Shown here: piece after piece, positions 42,446 through 51,764 of the stretch
Numbering within the stretch: position 1 is the stretch's first letter
Layout: every line of letters begins with the position of its first letter
Source of the DNA: Thermoanaerobaculia bacterium
GTDB lineage: Bacteria; Acidobacteriota; Thermoanaerobaculia; Multivoradales; UBA5704
Assembly: GCA_044866775.1 (NCBI GenBank)
Contig: JBIOUG010000174.1
Location: 951 to 64,950, forward strand
Length of the DNA stretch: 64,000 nt
Reading direction: 5' to 3'
Notes under the pieces: generated by a model
Databases searched by the model: none
The model's input: only the letters and a program-made list of their open reading frames with translations
What the model was told of the DNA's origin: nothing
Position numbers and translations under genes: made by a program

Positions 42446-42671
42446 GCCCGGGGGGGAAGGCTGCGGCCTTCTCCCTCTTGCCGGGCCGCCCGAGGGGACG
42501 CCGATGGCCGCCAGGAGCCACCGCATGCGCACCCCGTTGCTCGCCGCCGCCCTGCTCAGTCTCGCCCCCCCTCCCCACCCCCGCCGAAGCGCAGCCCTTC
42601 CTCCGGCGCGACGCCGTCGAACAGGCGGTGGCGCGCCTCACCGCGCATGGCGCGGGGGAGGTGTTCGGCTT

Positions 42672-42959
42672 TTAGCGGCGAAGCAGGAGCCCGAACGTTA
42701 CGGCGGTGCCGCGCCTCGCGCTCGCGTCGGCGCCGCGTAGCGTGATGTTGTCGCCGGGGATCGTCACGTCCTGGTCGCAGGTGCCGGTGAACTCGACGAC
42801 GAGCGGCCGTGGGTGCAAGCCGAGAGCTTGGTCTAGAGTCATTCCCTGAGCGCAGTCGACCTGCACCGTGTGCGGACCGTCGGCCAACGCGGCGCCTCCG
42901 GACAGCACGAGCAGCCCGAGTGACAACGACCGACCGAAGTTCATGACGCCTGATCTCAT
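42672..42959 (-). CDS. Hypothetical small secreted protein (95 aa)
   Basis: The ATG is preceded by aaggagg, and there is a signal peptide (LGLLVLSGGAALADG). Confidence 0.5.
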   Translation of the reverse strand: MRSGVMNFGRSLSLGLLVLSGGAALADGPHTVQVDCAQGMTLDQALGLHPRPLVVEFTGTCDQDVTIPGDNITLRGADASARRGTAVTFGLLLRR

Positions 42960-43040
42960 GGCTCCTCCTTTGTGATATTGAAGGAAGAGTATAATTGATT
43001 TGAGTTTAACTTAGCAAGGTATTGGCAAACCTCCGCCCCC
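42960..43040. promoter_or_regulatory. AT-rich divergent intergenic region (likely promoters for the small secreted-protein gene and the NRPS gene)
   Basis: This is the only strongly AT-rich 80 bp in this neighbourhood. It contains a perfect TATAAT at 42990-42995, about 45 nt upstream of the NRPS ATG. No convincing -35 element sits at canonical spacing. Confidence 0.35.
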
Positions 43041-46000
43041 ATGCACGAGACCGCCCGCCCGGCCGCGGCGATCGAGGACCGCTACCCGCTCGCCCCGCTC
43101 CAGCAGAGCATGCTGGAAGAGAGCCTCGCCCACGCCGCGGCGGGAGGCCGCGTCGGGCTGCTGCAGCTCATCTGGAACCTGAAGGAGCCGCTCGATCTCA
43201 CCGCCTTCGAGCGCGCCTGGGGGCGGGTCGCCGACCGCCACCCGATCCTGCGCACCCGCCTCGTCTGGAGCGGGCAGCTCGAGCCGTTCCAGGAGGTGGT
43301 CCGCGGCGCTCGGCCGCCCTTCGCGACCCGCGACTGGAGCAGTCTCGCGCCCGAGGAGCAGGAGCGGCGCCTCCAGGCGTTTCTCGTCGAGGACCGCGAG
43401 CAGGGGCTGGCGCTCGACCGGGCGCCGCTGCTACGGGTGACGGTGGCGCGCCTCGCGCCCGATCGCCACCGCGTCGTCCTGACGCTCCATCACACCACCT
43501 TCGACGGCCGCACCTTGCTCGCGCTGGTGCAGGAGGTCTTTGCCTTCTACGACGCCGGGCGCGCCGGCGGCGAGCCCGAGCTGCCGGCCCCGGGTCTCTA
43601 CCGCGCCTATGTCGAGTGGCTCGCCCGGCAAGACCGGCGGCGCGCCGCCGAGTTCTGGCGCGCGGCCCTCGCCGGCATCCACGAGCCGACGCCGCTCGGT
43701 ATGGACCGCCCGGTACCCGCCCGTGCCGGGCGCGCCGACGCCGCCGCGCCGGCGGTCTGGTTCTACCGCGACTTCCAGGTCTGGCTGAGCGAGGAGACGA
43801 CGAATGCGCTGCTCGGCCTCGCGCGCGAGCTCGACGTGACGCTCAACACGCTCTTGCTCGGCGCCTGGTCGCTCCTGCTGTCCGGCGCGAGCGGCCGGCG
43901 GGACGTCCTCTTCGGCGTGGTGCGCACTCACCGCGGCGCGCTGCCCAACGGCGCGGCGATTCTCGGGCCGGTGATGAACTCCGTTCCCTTCCGCGCCACC
44001 GTGGACCCCGAGCCGGACGTCGCCGGCTGGCTGCGCGGCCTGCGCGCCCACTGGCTGGCGATGCGCACCGGGGACTTCGCGAGCCCGGCGGAGATCCGCG
44101 ACTGGAGCGAGCTCGATCCGCGCGCCCCCTTCTTCGAGACGCTGGTGCTCTTCGAGACCCACGAGCTGACCGAGCGCTTGCGCCGGCTCGGGCCGGCATG
44201 GCAGAACCGCTCCTTCCGCTTCGTCCGCCAGTCGCGGGTGCCGCTCAGCATCTACGGTTACCTCGAGCGGCGGCTGGCCCTCAAGGTCATCTTCGATCCC
44301 GAACGCTTCGAGGACGCGACCATGCGCCGCCTCCTCGGTCACCTGCAGGCCGTCCTCGAGGCCATGCCGGCCGCCGCCGGACGGCGCCTGGCGGAGCTGC
44401 CGCTGCTCACTGCCGCCGAGCGCCATCAGCTCCTGGTCGAGTGGAACGACACGGCGGGCGCCGCCGGGGCGAGCCCTGTCCATCGCCGCTTCGAGGAGCA
44501 GGCGCGGCGGGCGCCCCAGGGCGTCGCCGCGGCCGATCCGGGCGGCGCCGTCACCTACGGCGCGCTCGACCGCAGCGCCAACCAGTTGGCCCGGCTGCTC
44601 GCGGCGCGCGGCGTGGGCCCCGGGACGATCGTCGGCGTGCTGCTCGAACGCTCGGTCCTGGAGGTGGAGGCCCTGCTCGCCGTGCTCAAAGCCGGAGGCG
44701 CTTACCTGCCGCTCGAGGGCTCGGCGCCCGAGCGGGTGGAGGCGATCCTCGAGGACGCGGGCGCCGGCCTGCTGTTGACGCTCTCGACACTCCTGCCGCC
44801 TCTGCGCTTCGCCGCCGCGCGCACGCTCTGCCTCGACCACGTCACGGCCGAGCTCCGCGCTCAGCCCGCCACGCCGCCGCCGGGCGAGACGCTGCCGGAG
44901 CAGCCGGCCTACGTCATCTACACCTCCGGCTCGACCGGCCGTCCCAAGGGCGTGGTCGTCCCACACCGCGGCCTGGCGAACCTCGTCGACTGGCACCTGG
45001 CGGCTTTCGGCGTCTCGCCGGCCGACCGGGCGAGCCGCCTTGCGGGGCTCGGCTTCGACGCCTCGGTCTGGGAGCTGTGGCCGAACTGGAGCGCCGGCAC
45101 CGCCGTGCTGCTGCCGCCGGAAGCGGTCCGCTCCGACCCCGAGGCGCTGCGCGACTGGCTGCTCGCCGAAGGGGTCACGGTCGCCTTCGCGCCGACGCCG
45201 ATGGCCGAGCGGCTGCTCGCGCTGCGCTGGCCGGCCGCCACGCCGCTGCGCCTCCTCCTCACCGGTGGCGACGCCCTGCACGGCCGCCCGCCGGCCGGCC
45301 TCCCCTTCCGCCTGGTCAACAACTACGGCCCGACCGAGAACAGCGTCGTCGCCACCTCGGGCGCCGTCATTCCGGAGGCTGCAGCAAGCGCCGAGAGCGG
45401 CCGCCCGCCCGCGATCGGCCGCCCGATCCGGAACGTGCGCGTCCAGCTCCTCGACCCGGACTTCCGGCCGGTGCCGATCGGCACGCGCGGCGAGCTGTGC
45501 ATCGCCGGCGCCGGCCTCGCGGACGGCTATCTCGGCCGTCCGGAGCTGACGGCGGCGAGCTTGGTCCCCGATCCCCACGGCGCGCCCGGCGCGCGCCTGT
45601 ACCGCACCGGCGACCTCGCCCGCTTCCTCCCGGACGGCGAGATCGAGTTCCTGGGCCGCCGCGACGCCCAGATCAAGCTCCGCGGTTTCCGCATCGAGCC
45701 CGGCGAGATCGAAGCGGCCCTCGGCCGCCATCCCGCCGTCCAGGCATGCGCGGTGGTGGCCCGCGCCGGCGAGCGAGCGGATGACAGGCAGCTCATCGCC
45801 TTCGCCGTAACCAGCCTCGCCAGCGCCGTTGCGGACGCCGAGCTGTCGGCCTTCCTGCGCGGCAAGCTCCCGCCCTACATGGTTCCGGCGCTCTACGTCC
45901 GGCTCGACGCCCTGCCCGTGAACGCCAGCGGCAAGGTGGACCGCAGGGTGCTCGAAGAGCGGGCGGCGGGCGACGACGACGGTGCGCGGGAGCACGTGCC

Positions 46001-46355
46001 ACCGGCCACCCCACTTGAGCGGCTGCTCGCCCAGATCTGGGAGGAGGGGCTGGGGCACGGGCCGGTCGGCCTACACGACGACTTCTTCGCCCTGGGCGCT
46101 CACTCCTTCCACGTCATGCAGGTCGCGGGGGCGCTCCGCGACCTCTTCGTCCGCGACGTCCCGGCGGACCTCGTCTTCCTCGCCTCGACGGTGGCGCGGC
46201 TGATCGACCAGCTCTTCCCGTCGTCCGAGGAGCGCGACGCGGCGGAGGCGATTGCGGTGCGGCTCCTCGACGAGAGCGACGGCGCGACCGGGCCACTCTC
46301 GGCAACCCCCGCGCGCGGCAGCGGCCGGGCGCGTTTCCAAGGCGAAGGTCCATGA
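43041..46355 (+). CDS. Single-module non-ribosomal peptide synthetase, C-A-T (no thioesterase/reductase)
   Basis: Condensation HHTTFDGRT. Adenylation AYVIYTSGSTGRPKGV, NNYGPTE, YRTGDLAR and GRRDAQIKLRGFRIEPGEIE. Carrier domain DDFFALGAHSF. Confidence 0.9.
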   Translation: MHETARPAAAIEDRYPLAPLQQSMLEESLAHAAAGGRVGLLQLIWNLKEPLDLTAFERAWGRVADRHPILRTRLVWSGQLEPFQEVVRGARPPFATRDWSSLAPEEQERRLQAFLVEDREQGLALDRAPLLRVTVARLAPDRHRVVLTLHHTTFDGRTLLALVQEVFAFYDAGRAGGEPELPAPGLYRAYVEWLARQDRRRAAEFWRAALAGIHEPTPLGMDRPVPARAGRADAAAPAVWFYRDFQVWLSEETTNALLGLARELDVTLNTLLLGAWSLLLSGASGRRDVLFGVVRTHRGALPNGAAILGPVMNSVPFRATVDPEPDVAGWLRGLRAHWLAMRTGDFASPAEIRDWSELDPRAPFFETLVLFETHELTERLRRLGPAWQNRSFRFVRQSRVPLSIYGYLERRLALKVIFDPERFEDATMRRLLGHLQAVLEAMPAAAGRRLAELPLLTAAERHQLLVEWNDTAGAAGASPVHRRFEEQARRAPQGVAAADPGGAVTYGALDRSANQLARLLAARGVGPGTIVGVLLERSVLEVEALLAVLKAGGAYLPLEGSAPERVEAILEDAGAGLLLTLSTLLPPLRFAAARTLCLDHVTAELRAQPATPPPGETLPEQPAYVIYTSGSTGRPKGVVVPHRGLANLVDWHLAAFGVSPADRASRLAGLGFDASVWELWPNWSAGTAVLLPPEAVRSDPEALRDWLLAEGVTVAFAPTPMAERLLALRWPAATPLRLLLTGGDALHGRPPAGLPFRLVNNYGPTENSVVATSGAVIPEAAASAESGRPPAIGRPIRNVRVQLLDPDFRPVPIGTRGELCIAGAGLADGYLGRPELTAASLVPDPHGAPGARLYRTGDLARFLPDGEIEFLGRRDAQIKLRGFRIEPGEIEAALGRHPAVQACAVVARAGERADDRQLIAFAVTSLASAVADAELSAFLRGKLPPYMVPALYVRLDALPVNASGKVDRRVLEERAAGDDDGAREHVPPATPLERLLAQIWEEGLGHGPVGLHDDFFALGAHSFHVMQVAGALRDLFVRDVPADLVFLASTVARLIDQLFPSSEERDAAEAIAVRLLDESDGATGPLSATPARGSGRARFQGEGP

Positions 46356-46661
46356 CTATCTGGCGAAAGCCTCGCGGCGCTGCCGCTGCCGATCGTCGTC
46401 GAGCAGATCGAGTTCTTCACCATCGGCGGCGGCATCCTCGCCGCCTCGCTCACCTTCGTCTTCACCGATTAGAACGGCCAGCCGACGGACGTCAACGGCG
46501 ACAACTACCTCGACACGGCCTCAAACGAGGTCTACTACAACGACACCTTCGGCGATCCGAACGACAACCGCCCTGCTCGCCTCGAGAGCCGGTGGGAACG
46601 TGGTACGATCCCGGCAACCGCTGGCCCACATCAACGACCGCTTCATCCGGTGGAGGTGCTC

Positions 46662-49634
46662 ATGCGCTCGGCCCTTCGCAGCATCTTCCTGATCGCCATG
46701 GCCTTGTGTGCAGCCGCGCTTGTCGCACAGTCAACGACGGGCACCCTCGTCGGCACCGTCACGTCCGACGCCAAACCGCTGCCGGGAGTCACGGTCACCG
46801 TCACGTCCCCCGCCCTGCAGGGGAGCCGAACGACCGTGACCGGCGACGCTGGCGGCTACCACTTTCCTGCCCTTCCTCCAGGAGACTACACGGTTACTTT
46901 CGATCTCGAGGGCATGCAGAGAGTCGACAAGCGCGCCGTCGTCAACCTCAGTCAGACGGCCCGTGCCGACGTCGAGATGACGCTCACCAGAGTGGCCGAA
47001 GCGATCACGGTCACGGCATCGGCGCCGCCGGCGGTCGAAACGACCGAGATCGCGGCGAGCTTCAATGCCGAGACCGTCAACCAGCTCCCCACCGGCCGGA
47101 CGATCGACGACATCGTGGCTCTCGCGCCGGGTGTGACGGAAGCGGGGCCGAACGACCAGATCACGATCTCGGGATCGATGTCCTTCGAGAGCCTCTTCCT
47201 GGTGAACGGCGTGGTGGTGAACGAGAACGTCCGCGGACAGCCGAACCCGCTCTACATCGAGGACGCGGTCCAGGAGACGGCGGTCCTCACCGGCGGGGTC
47301 TCGGCGGAGTTTGGCCGGTTCACCGGGGGCGTGGTCAGCACCGTGACCAAATCGGGAGGCAACGAGTTCTCCGGGTCGCTTCGCGATTCGTTCACCAACG
47401 ACGACTGGACGGAAAAGTCTGACTTCGTCGACCAGCTCGACCCCATCGACGATACCAACAGCGTCTATGAAGGAACCCTGGGCGGGCGTATCATCCGCGA
47501 CCGCCTCTGGTTTTTCGCGGCGGGGCGGTTGGAAGACCGCGAGACCGGCGCCCAGACTTTCGACACCAACATCCCCTACGACACCACGCGGGATGACCGC
47601 CGGATCGAGGGCAAGCTCACCGGGCAGATCACGCGCCAGCACACGCTCGTCGGGTCCTACATCGACAGCGACCTGGAGCGGCAAAACTTCGTCACCTCCG
47701 GCCGCGTCGTCGACCTGCGCAGCCTCTCTTTCCGCGACGACCTCCGGGAGCTCCGTTCCCTCCATTACAACGGCATCTTCACGGATCGCTTCCTCGTGGA
47801 GGGTCAATACAGTGAGATGGACCACGCGTTCGCCCTCGGGGCCAACACCCGCGACTTGATCGAGGGCACTTTGCTGCTCGACGCCAACACCGGCCGGCGG
47901 ATGTGGTCACCGACCTTCTGCGGCAGACCGTGTGGGTTCAAAGAGCGGAACAACGAGAGCTGGCTGGGAAAGGCCTCTTATTTCCTCAGCACTCGGGCGA
48001 CCGGCAACCACAGCCTCGTCGGGGGCTTCGAGGAGTTCCATCAGAAGCGCAACGAGAACAATTTTCAATCCGGCAGCGATCTTCGCATCCACGGCAACTT
48101 CATCTATTTCGGAGAGGACGTCTTCTTCGGCGTGGATCCAGACTCCAGCGAGATCGAGTGGGATCCGGTTCCCGCGTTGTCGAGGACTTCCGACTTCGCC
48201 ACGCGCTCGTGGTTTCTCAACGACAAATGGGATCTGAACGACCACTGGGGCTTCAACGTGGGAGTTCGCTACGACGAGTCGTTCGGCACCGATCAGGCCG
48301 GAAACAAGACTGTCGACGATAGCGCCTTCAGTCCGCGCCTGGCGGCACGCTACGACCTGCGCGGCGACGGCAAGCACCACTTCAGCGCCACCTATGGCCG
48401 CTATGTCTCCAAGGTCGATCAAGGACCTGCCGACAACACTGCCACCGCGGGCCGCTACGCCTCCTACTACTGGGATTACAAGGGCCCGGTGATCAACCCG
48501 AGCGGAACGCCGCGCGACCAGCTCCTCTCGGTCCCCGAGGTCATCCGGCAAGTCTTCGCCTGGTTCAATTCCACCGGCGGCACTTCGAATCGGGACCCGA
48601 ACCTTCTCAACAGCGCCCACATACCTGGAGTCACCCTGCGTTTCGACGGGCCGCTCGCGGCGCCGTTCATGGATGAATACACTCTGGGCTACGCCGTGGC
48701 CCTCGCGGATGGCGGCTATGTGCGCGCCGATTACATCGACCGGACCTGGGGAGATTTCTACGTCGTACGGCGGAACCTACAAACCGGAAGGGCGACGGAT
48801 CCGAACGGCGATCAGTTCGACCAAGGAGTGATCGAGAACAGCGACGCGAACCTGAGCCGCGACTACCGCGCGGTTCAGCTCCAGGGTCGCTACCGGCCCC
48901 TGAAACGGCTCTCGATCGGTGGCAATTACACCTGGTCAAGGTTGCGCGGCAACGTCGAGGGAGAGACCCCGAGCTTCGCCACGAGCCTGGACAACGACCC
49001 CTTCATCAATCGGCCCGAGTACCAAGATTTCGAACAGAACAACCCGGCCGGCGACCTCGGCCCGGACATGCGCCACCGCGCCAACGTCTGGGTGCAATAC
49101 GATCTGCCGACATGGGCGGGGCACTTCAATTTAACGCTGTTGGAGCGGTATCACTCGGCGCTGCCCTATTCAGCCATCGGCTCGATCGACGTGCGGCGAG
49201 GAACGTCGACGGGGCCTGCCAACGGCGTGGTGAACCCCGGCTACGTGACCACGCCTTCCTCGGTGACCTACTTCTTCAGCGACCGCGGCGCCTTCCGCCT
49301 CGACGACATCACCTCGACCGACCTGGGCGTGAACTGGTATTCGCCGCCGCTGCGCGGCGTGCGCCTCTTCATCGAGGGCGACATTCTGAATCTGTTCAAT
49401 GCACAGGGAGTGGAAGACCCGGACTTCGTAGACAAGACCGTGCTCACCCGCCGTCAGGCATCATGTCTCCAGACGGGCACGACCCAACGCTGTCTGCCCT
49501 TCAACCCGCTGGCCGGCGAAGTGCCTCAGGAGGGCGTACACTGGCAGAAGGGGCCCAACTTCGGGCTACCCACGGCGGCGGAGGCCTACCAGCTCCCCCG
49601 TACCTATCGCGTCTCCCTCGGTTTGAGGTTCTAA
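46662..49634 (+). CDS. TonB-dependent receptor-like outer-membrane protein with CarboxypepD_reg-like N-domain
   Basis: Signal peptide, GTLVGTVTSDAKPLPGVTVTVTSP...GGYHFPALPPGDYTV and a long beta-barrel region. The C-terminus ...YRVSLGLRF ends in an aromatic residue. Confidence 0.85.
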   Translation: MRSALRSIFLIAMALCAAALVAQSTTGTLVGTVTSDAKPLPGVTVTVTSPALQGSRTTVTGDAGGYHFPALPPGDYTVTFDLEGMQRVDKRAVVNLSQTARADVEMTLTRVAEAITVTASAPPAVETTEIAASFNAETVNQLPTGRTIDDIVALAPGVTEAGPNDQITISGSMSFESLFLVNGVVVNENVRGQPNPLYIEDAVQETAVLTGGVSAEFGRFTGGVVSTVTKSGGNEFSGSLRDSFTNDDWTEKSDFVDQLDPIDDTNSVYEGTLGGRIIRDRLWFFAAGRLEDRETGAQTFDTNIPYDTTRDDRRIEGKLTGQITRQHTLVGSYIDSDLERQNFVTSGRVVDLRSLSFRDDLRELRSLHYNGIFTDRFLVEGQYSEMDHAFALGANTRDLIEGTLLLDANTGRRMWSPTFCGRPCGFKERNNESWLGKASYFLSTRATGNHSLVGGFEEFHQKRNENNFQSGSDLRIHGNFIYFGEDVFFGVDPDSSEIEWDPVPALSRTSDFATRSWFLNDKWDLNDHWGFNVGVRYDESFGTDQAGNKTVDDSAFSPRLAARYDLRGDGKHHFSATYGRYVSKVDQGPADNTATAGRYASYYWDYKGPVINPSGTPRDQLLSVPEVIRQVFAWFNSTGGTSNRDPNLLNSAHIPGVTLRFDGPLAAPFMDEYTLGYAVALADGGYVRADYIDRTWGDFYVVRRNLQTGRATDPNGDQFDQGVIENSDANLSRDYRAVQLQGRYRPLKRLSIGGNYTWSRLRGNVEGETPSFATSLDNDPFINRPEYQDFEQNNPAGDLGPDMRHRANVWVQYDLPTWAGHFNLTLLERYHSALPYSAIGSIDVRRGTSTGPANGVVNPGYVTTPSSVTYFFSDRGAFRLDDITSTDLGVNWYSPPLRGVRLFIEGDILNLFNAQGVEDPDFVDKTVLTRRQASCLQTGTTQRCLPFNPLAGEVPQEGVHWQKGPNFGLPTAAEAYQLPRTYRVSLGLRF

Positions 49635-49637
49635 GCC

Positions 49638-51737
49638 TTACCGCGCCGCGCGCTGGCGCCAGCGCGCGGCGCCTTGGTGGTCCGCGAACGCCTCGAGGGT
49701 TTTCGCCGCCAGGAGAAACGCCCCGCGGTGCGGGTTGTTCCGCGCCATCTGCTCGATCAGCTCGTGCGCCTCCGCGCTCTTGCCCTGAATCATGAGGATC
49801 ACCGCCAGATTGGCATAGGCCTGCAGGTGCTGCGGGAAGCTCGCGATCTCACGCCGGAAGGCGGCGGCCGCCTCCTCCGGCCGATCGAGGCGCGCCAGCA
49901 GGTCGCCGCGTAGATAGTCCGCTCCCTGCAATCGCCGGACACCGAGCTCCCCCGCGCGTCGCTCCGCCTCTTGGACCCTCCGCAGCGCCGCATCGAGCTT
50001 CCCGGCGGTCCGCTCGACGTCGGCGAGTAACAACAACGTTGCCGGCTGCCTGTCGCCGCGCTGAAGGGCGGATTTCACGTGCTCCTCTGCGGCCTCGAAG
50101 CGCCGTTCTGCGAGCGCGATCCGGGCGAGGAGCTCGTTCGCTTCGCGGGGATTGGTGGTGAGAGCGAGGCGGGCATGGGCCGCGGCCGCAGCGGTCTCGC
50201 CGCGCTTGAGATGGGCGAAGCCCAGGGCGAGCGCGAGATCCGGCGAGAAGCGCTCGGCGTGAGCGATCGCTGACCGATAGGCCTCGATCGCTTCGTCGTA
50301 GCGGCCGGCTTCCACCAGGATCTCTCCTAGCTTCGACCACACATCCAGGAGCTTCGGATTCTCTTGCAGTAGGCTCCGCAACGCCGCGATCGCCTCATCC
50401 AACCGGCGCTCGTCCGCAAAGCGGAATGCCGCCTTGATGCGACCGAGGCTCTCGACCTCGTCGCGCGGGTTCGGCAGCGGCCCCGCCCCCCGCTCCCGCG
50501 GCGTTCCCACGTATCCCAGAGCGGCCAGCTTCTTGGCGTCCTCTGGGTCGATCTCGCCGATCGTCGCGGCCCTTGCGGGATAGGCCTGCATTTCCCGTCG
50601 CAGCCGTGACGCCGCTCGACGCTCGATCGTGATCAGATTCCTGGCTTCGCCGGGATCACGCTCCAGGTCGTAGAGCTCGGGACTGGGCGCTTCGATGTAT
50701 TGATAGCGGCCATCGATCAGCGACCGCAGCTCGCTCCAGCCGAGGTGAATGCGCGGATAGAGCGTCTCGGAGTAGATGGGACGAGCTTCGCCTCCGTCGT
50801 CGAACCACGAAGCCGGGTGCGAAGGCACGGCGATTCCGACCAGACTCAGCACTGTGCCGAAGAGATGCGCCAGAGGCGTGGGCCGGCTGATCGAATCGGC
50901 CCGGTGCGAGCCCGGCAGCTTGATCAGAAGCGGAACCCACAGCGCCTCGCGATACAGCAGAATCCCGTGCTGGTCTTCGCCGTGGTCCCACAAGCCCTCG
51001 CCGTGATCCGACGTGAAGATGATGATCGCGGGATCGTAGAGCTCAGAAGCCTTGAGCGACTGGACCAGCTCGCCGACGATGGCATCCGCAGCGGCGATTT
51101 CGCCATCGTAGGCAGCCGGGTAGCGGCTCTTGAACGGCTCGGGCGGCTCGTACGGGGCGTGCGGCTCGTAGAGATGGAAGAAGAAAAAGAAAGGCTGCTC
51201 GCGGTGCTGCAGAATCCATCCCAGCGCGTGCTTCAGCGTCTCGCCGCCCGAGCGCTGGTGCTCGCTCGTCGCGCCCGCCGTCGCGACCGCGATGGAGTCT
51301 TCGTAAAAATCGAAGCCGTCATCGACCCCGGTGTCGGAGCGCAGAACGTAGGACGACACCGCGGCGCCCGCGGCATAGCCCCGATCCCGCAGCTCCTCGG
51401 CGAGGGTTCTGAACCTTGCTCCTTCGAATCGATAGCCGATGTTGTTCCGCACCCCGTGTTCGGTGGGCAGCAGCCCGGTGAACATCGAGACGTGCGAAGG
51501 AAGCGTCATCGGGCAATGGCTGTAGACGCGCTCGAAAAGGACCGAGTCGCGCCGCAGCCCGTCGATGTTGGGTGTTTCGACTTGGCGGTAACCGTAGGCC
51601 GGAAGGTGGTCCGCGCGCAGGGTATCGACCGAGATGAGGATCACCGGCGCGCCCGGGAAGCGTTCCGGTGAGGCGTCGCGCCCGCAGGCAGTCGCCAAGA
51701 GCGCGGCCGCGATCACCGTGCCACGGAGGCTAATCAC
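49638..51737 (-). CDS. Sulfatase-like hydrolase/transferase fused to C-terminal TPR repeats, lipoprotein
   Basis: LATAC lipobox, ISVDTLRADHL, HCPMTLPSH and TSDHGE, followed by about 300 aa of TPR-like helices. Confidence 0.85.
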   Translation of the reverse strand: MISLRGTVIAAALLATACGRDASPERFPGAPVILISVDTLRADHLPAYGYRQVETPNIDGLRRDSVLFERVYSHCPMTLPSHVSMFTGLLPTEHGVRNNIGYRFEGARFRTLAEELRDRGYAAGAAVSSYVLRSDTGVDDGFDFYEDSIAVATAGATSEHQRSGGETLKHALGWILQHREQPFFFFFHLYEPHAPYEPPEPFKSRYPAAYDGEIAAADAIVGELVQSLKASELYDPAIIIFTSDHGEGLWDHGEDQHGILLYREALWVPLLIKLPGSHRADSISRPTPLAHLFGTVLSLVGIAVPSHPASWFDDGGEARPIYSETLYPRIHLGWSELRSLIDGRYQYIEAPSPELYDLERDPGEARNLITIERRAASRLRREMQAYPARAATIGEIDPEDAKKLAALGYVGTPRERGAGPLPNPRDEVESLGRIKAAFRFADERRLDEAIAALRSLLQENPKLLDVWSKLGEILVEAGRYDEAIEAYRSAIAHAERFSPDLALALGFAHLKRGETAAAAAHARLALTTNPREANELLARIALAERRFEAAEEHVKSALQRGDRQPATLLLLADVERTAGKLDAALRRVQEAERRAGELGVRRLQGADYLRGDLLARLDRPEEAAAAFRREIASFPQHLQAYANLAVILMIQGKSAEAHELIEQMARNNPHRGAFLLAAKTLEAFADHQGAARWRQRAAR

Positions 51738-51764
51738 TGGAGCGCCGCCGGCCTGGCCGCCGGC

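Noticed and set aside
46560-46661. Possible cobalamin riboswitch upstream of the TonB-dependent receptor gene (ggtgggaacgtggtacgatcccgg...cccac resembles the GGGAA...GGTG..AA.TCC core).
   Set aside because: No B12-box-like element (AGCCAGGAGACC-type) is present. The available leader is far shorter than a cobalamin riboswitch, and the similarity is limited to a few nucleotides.
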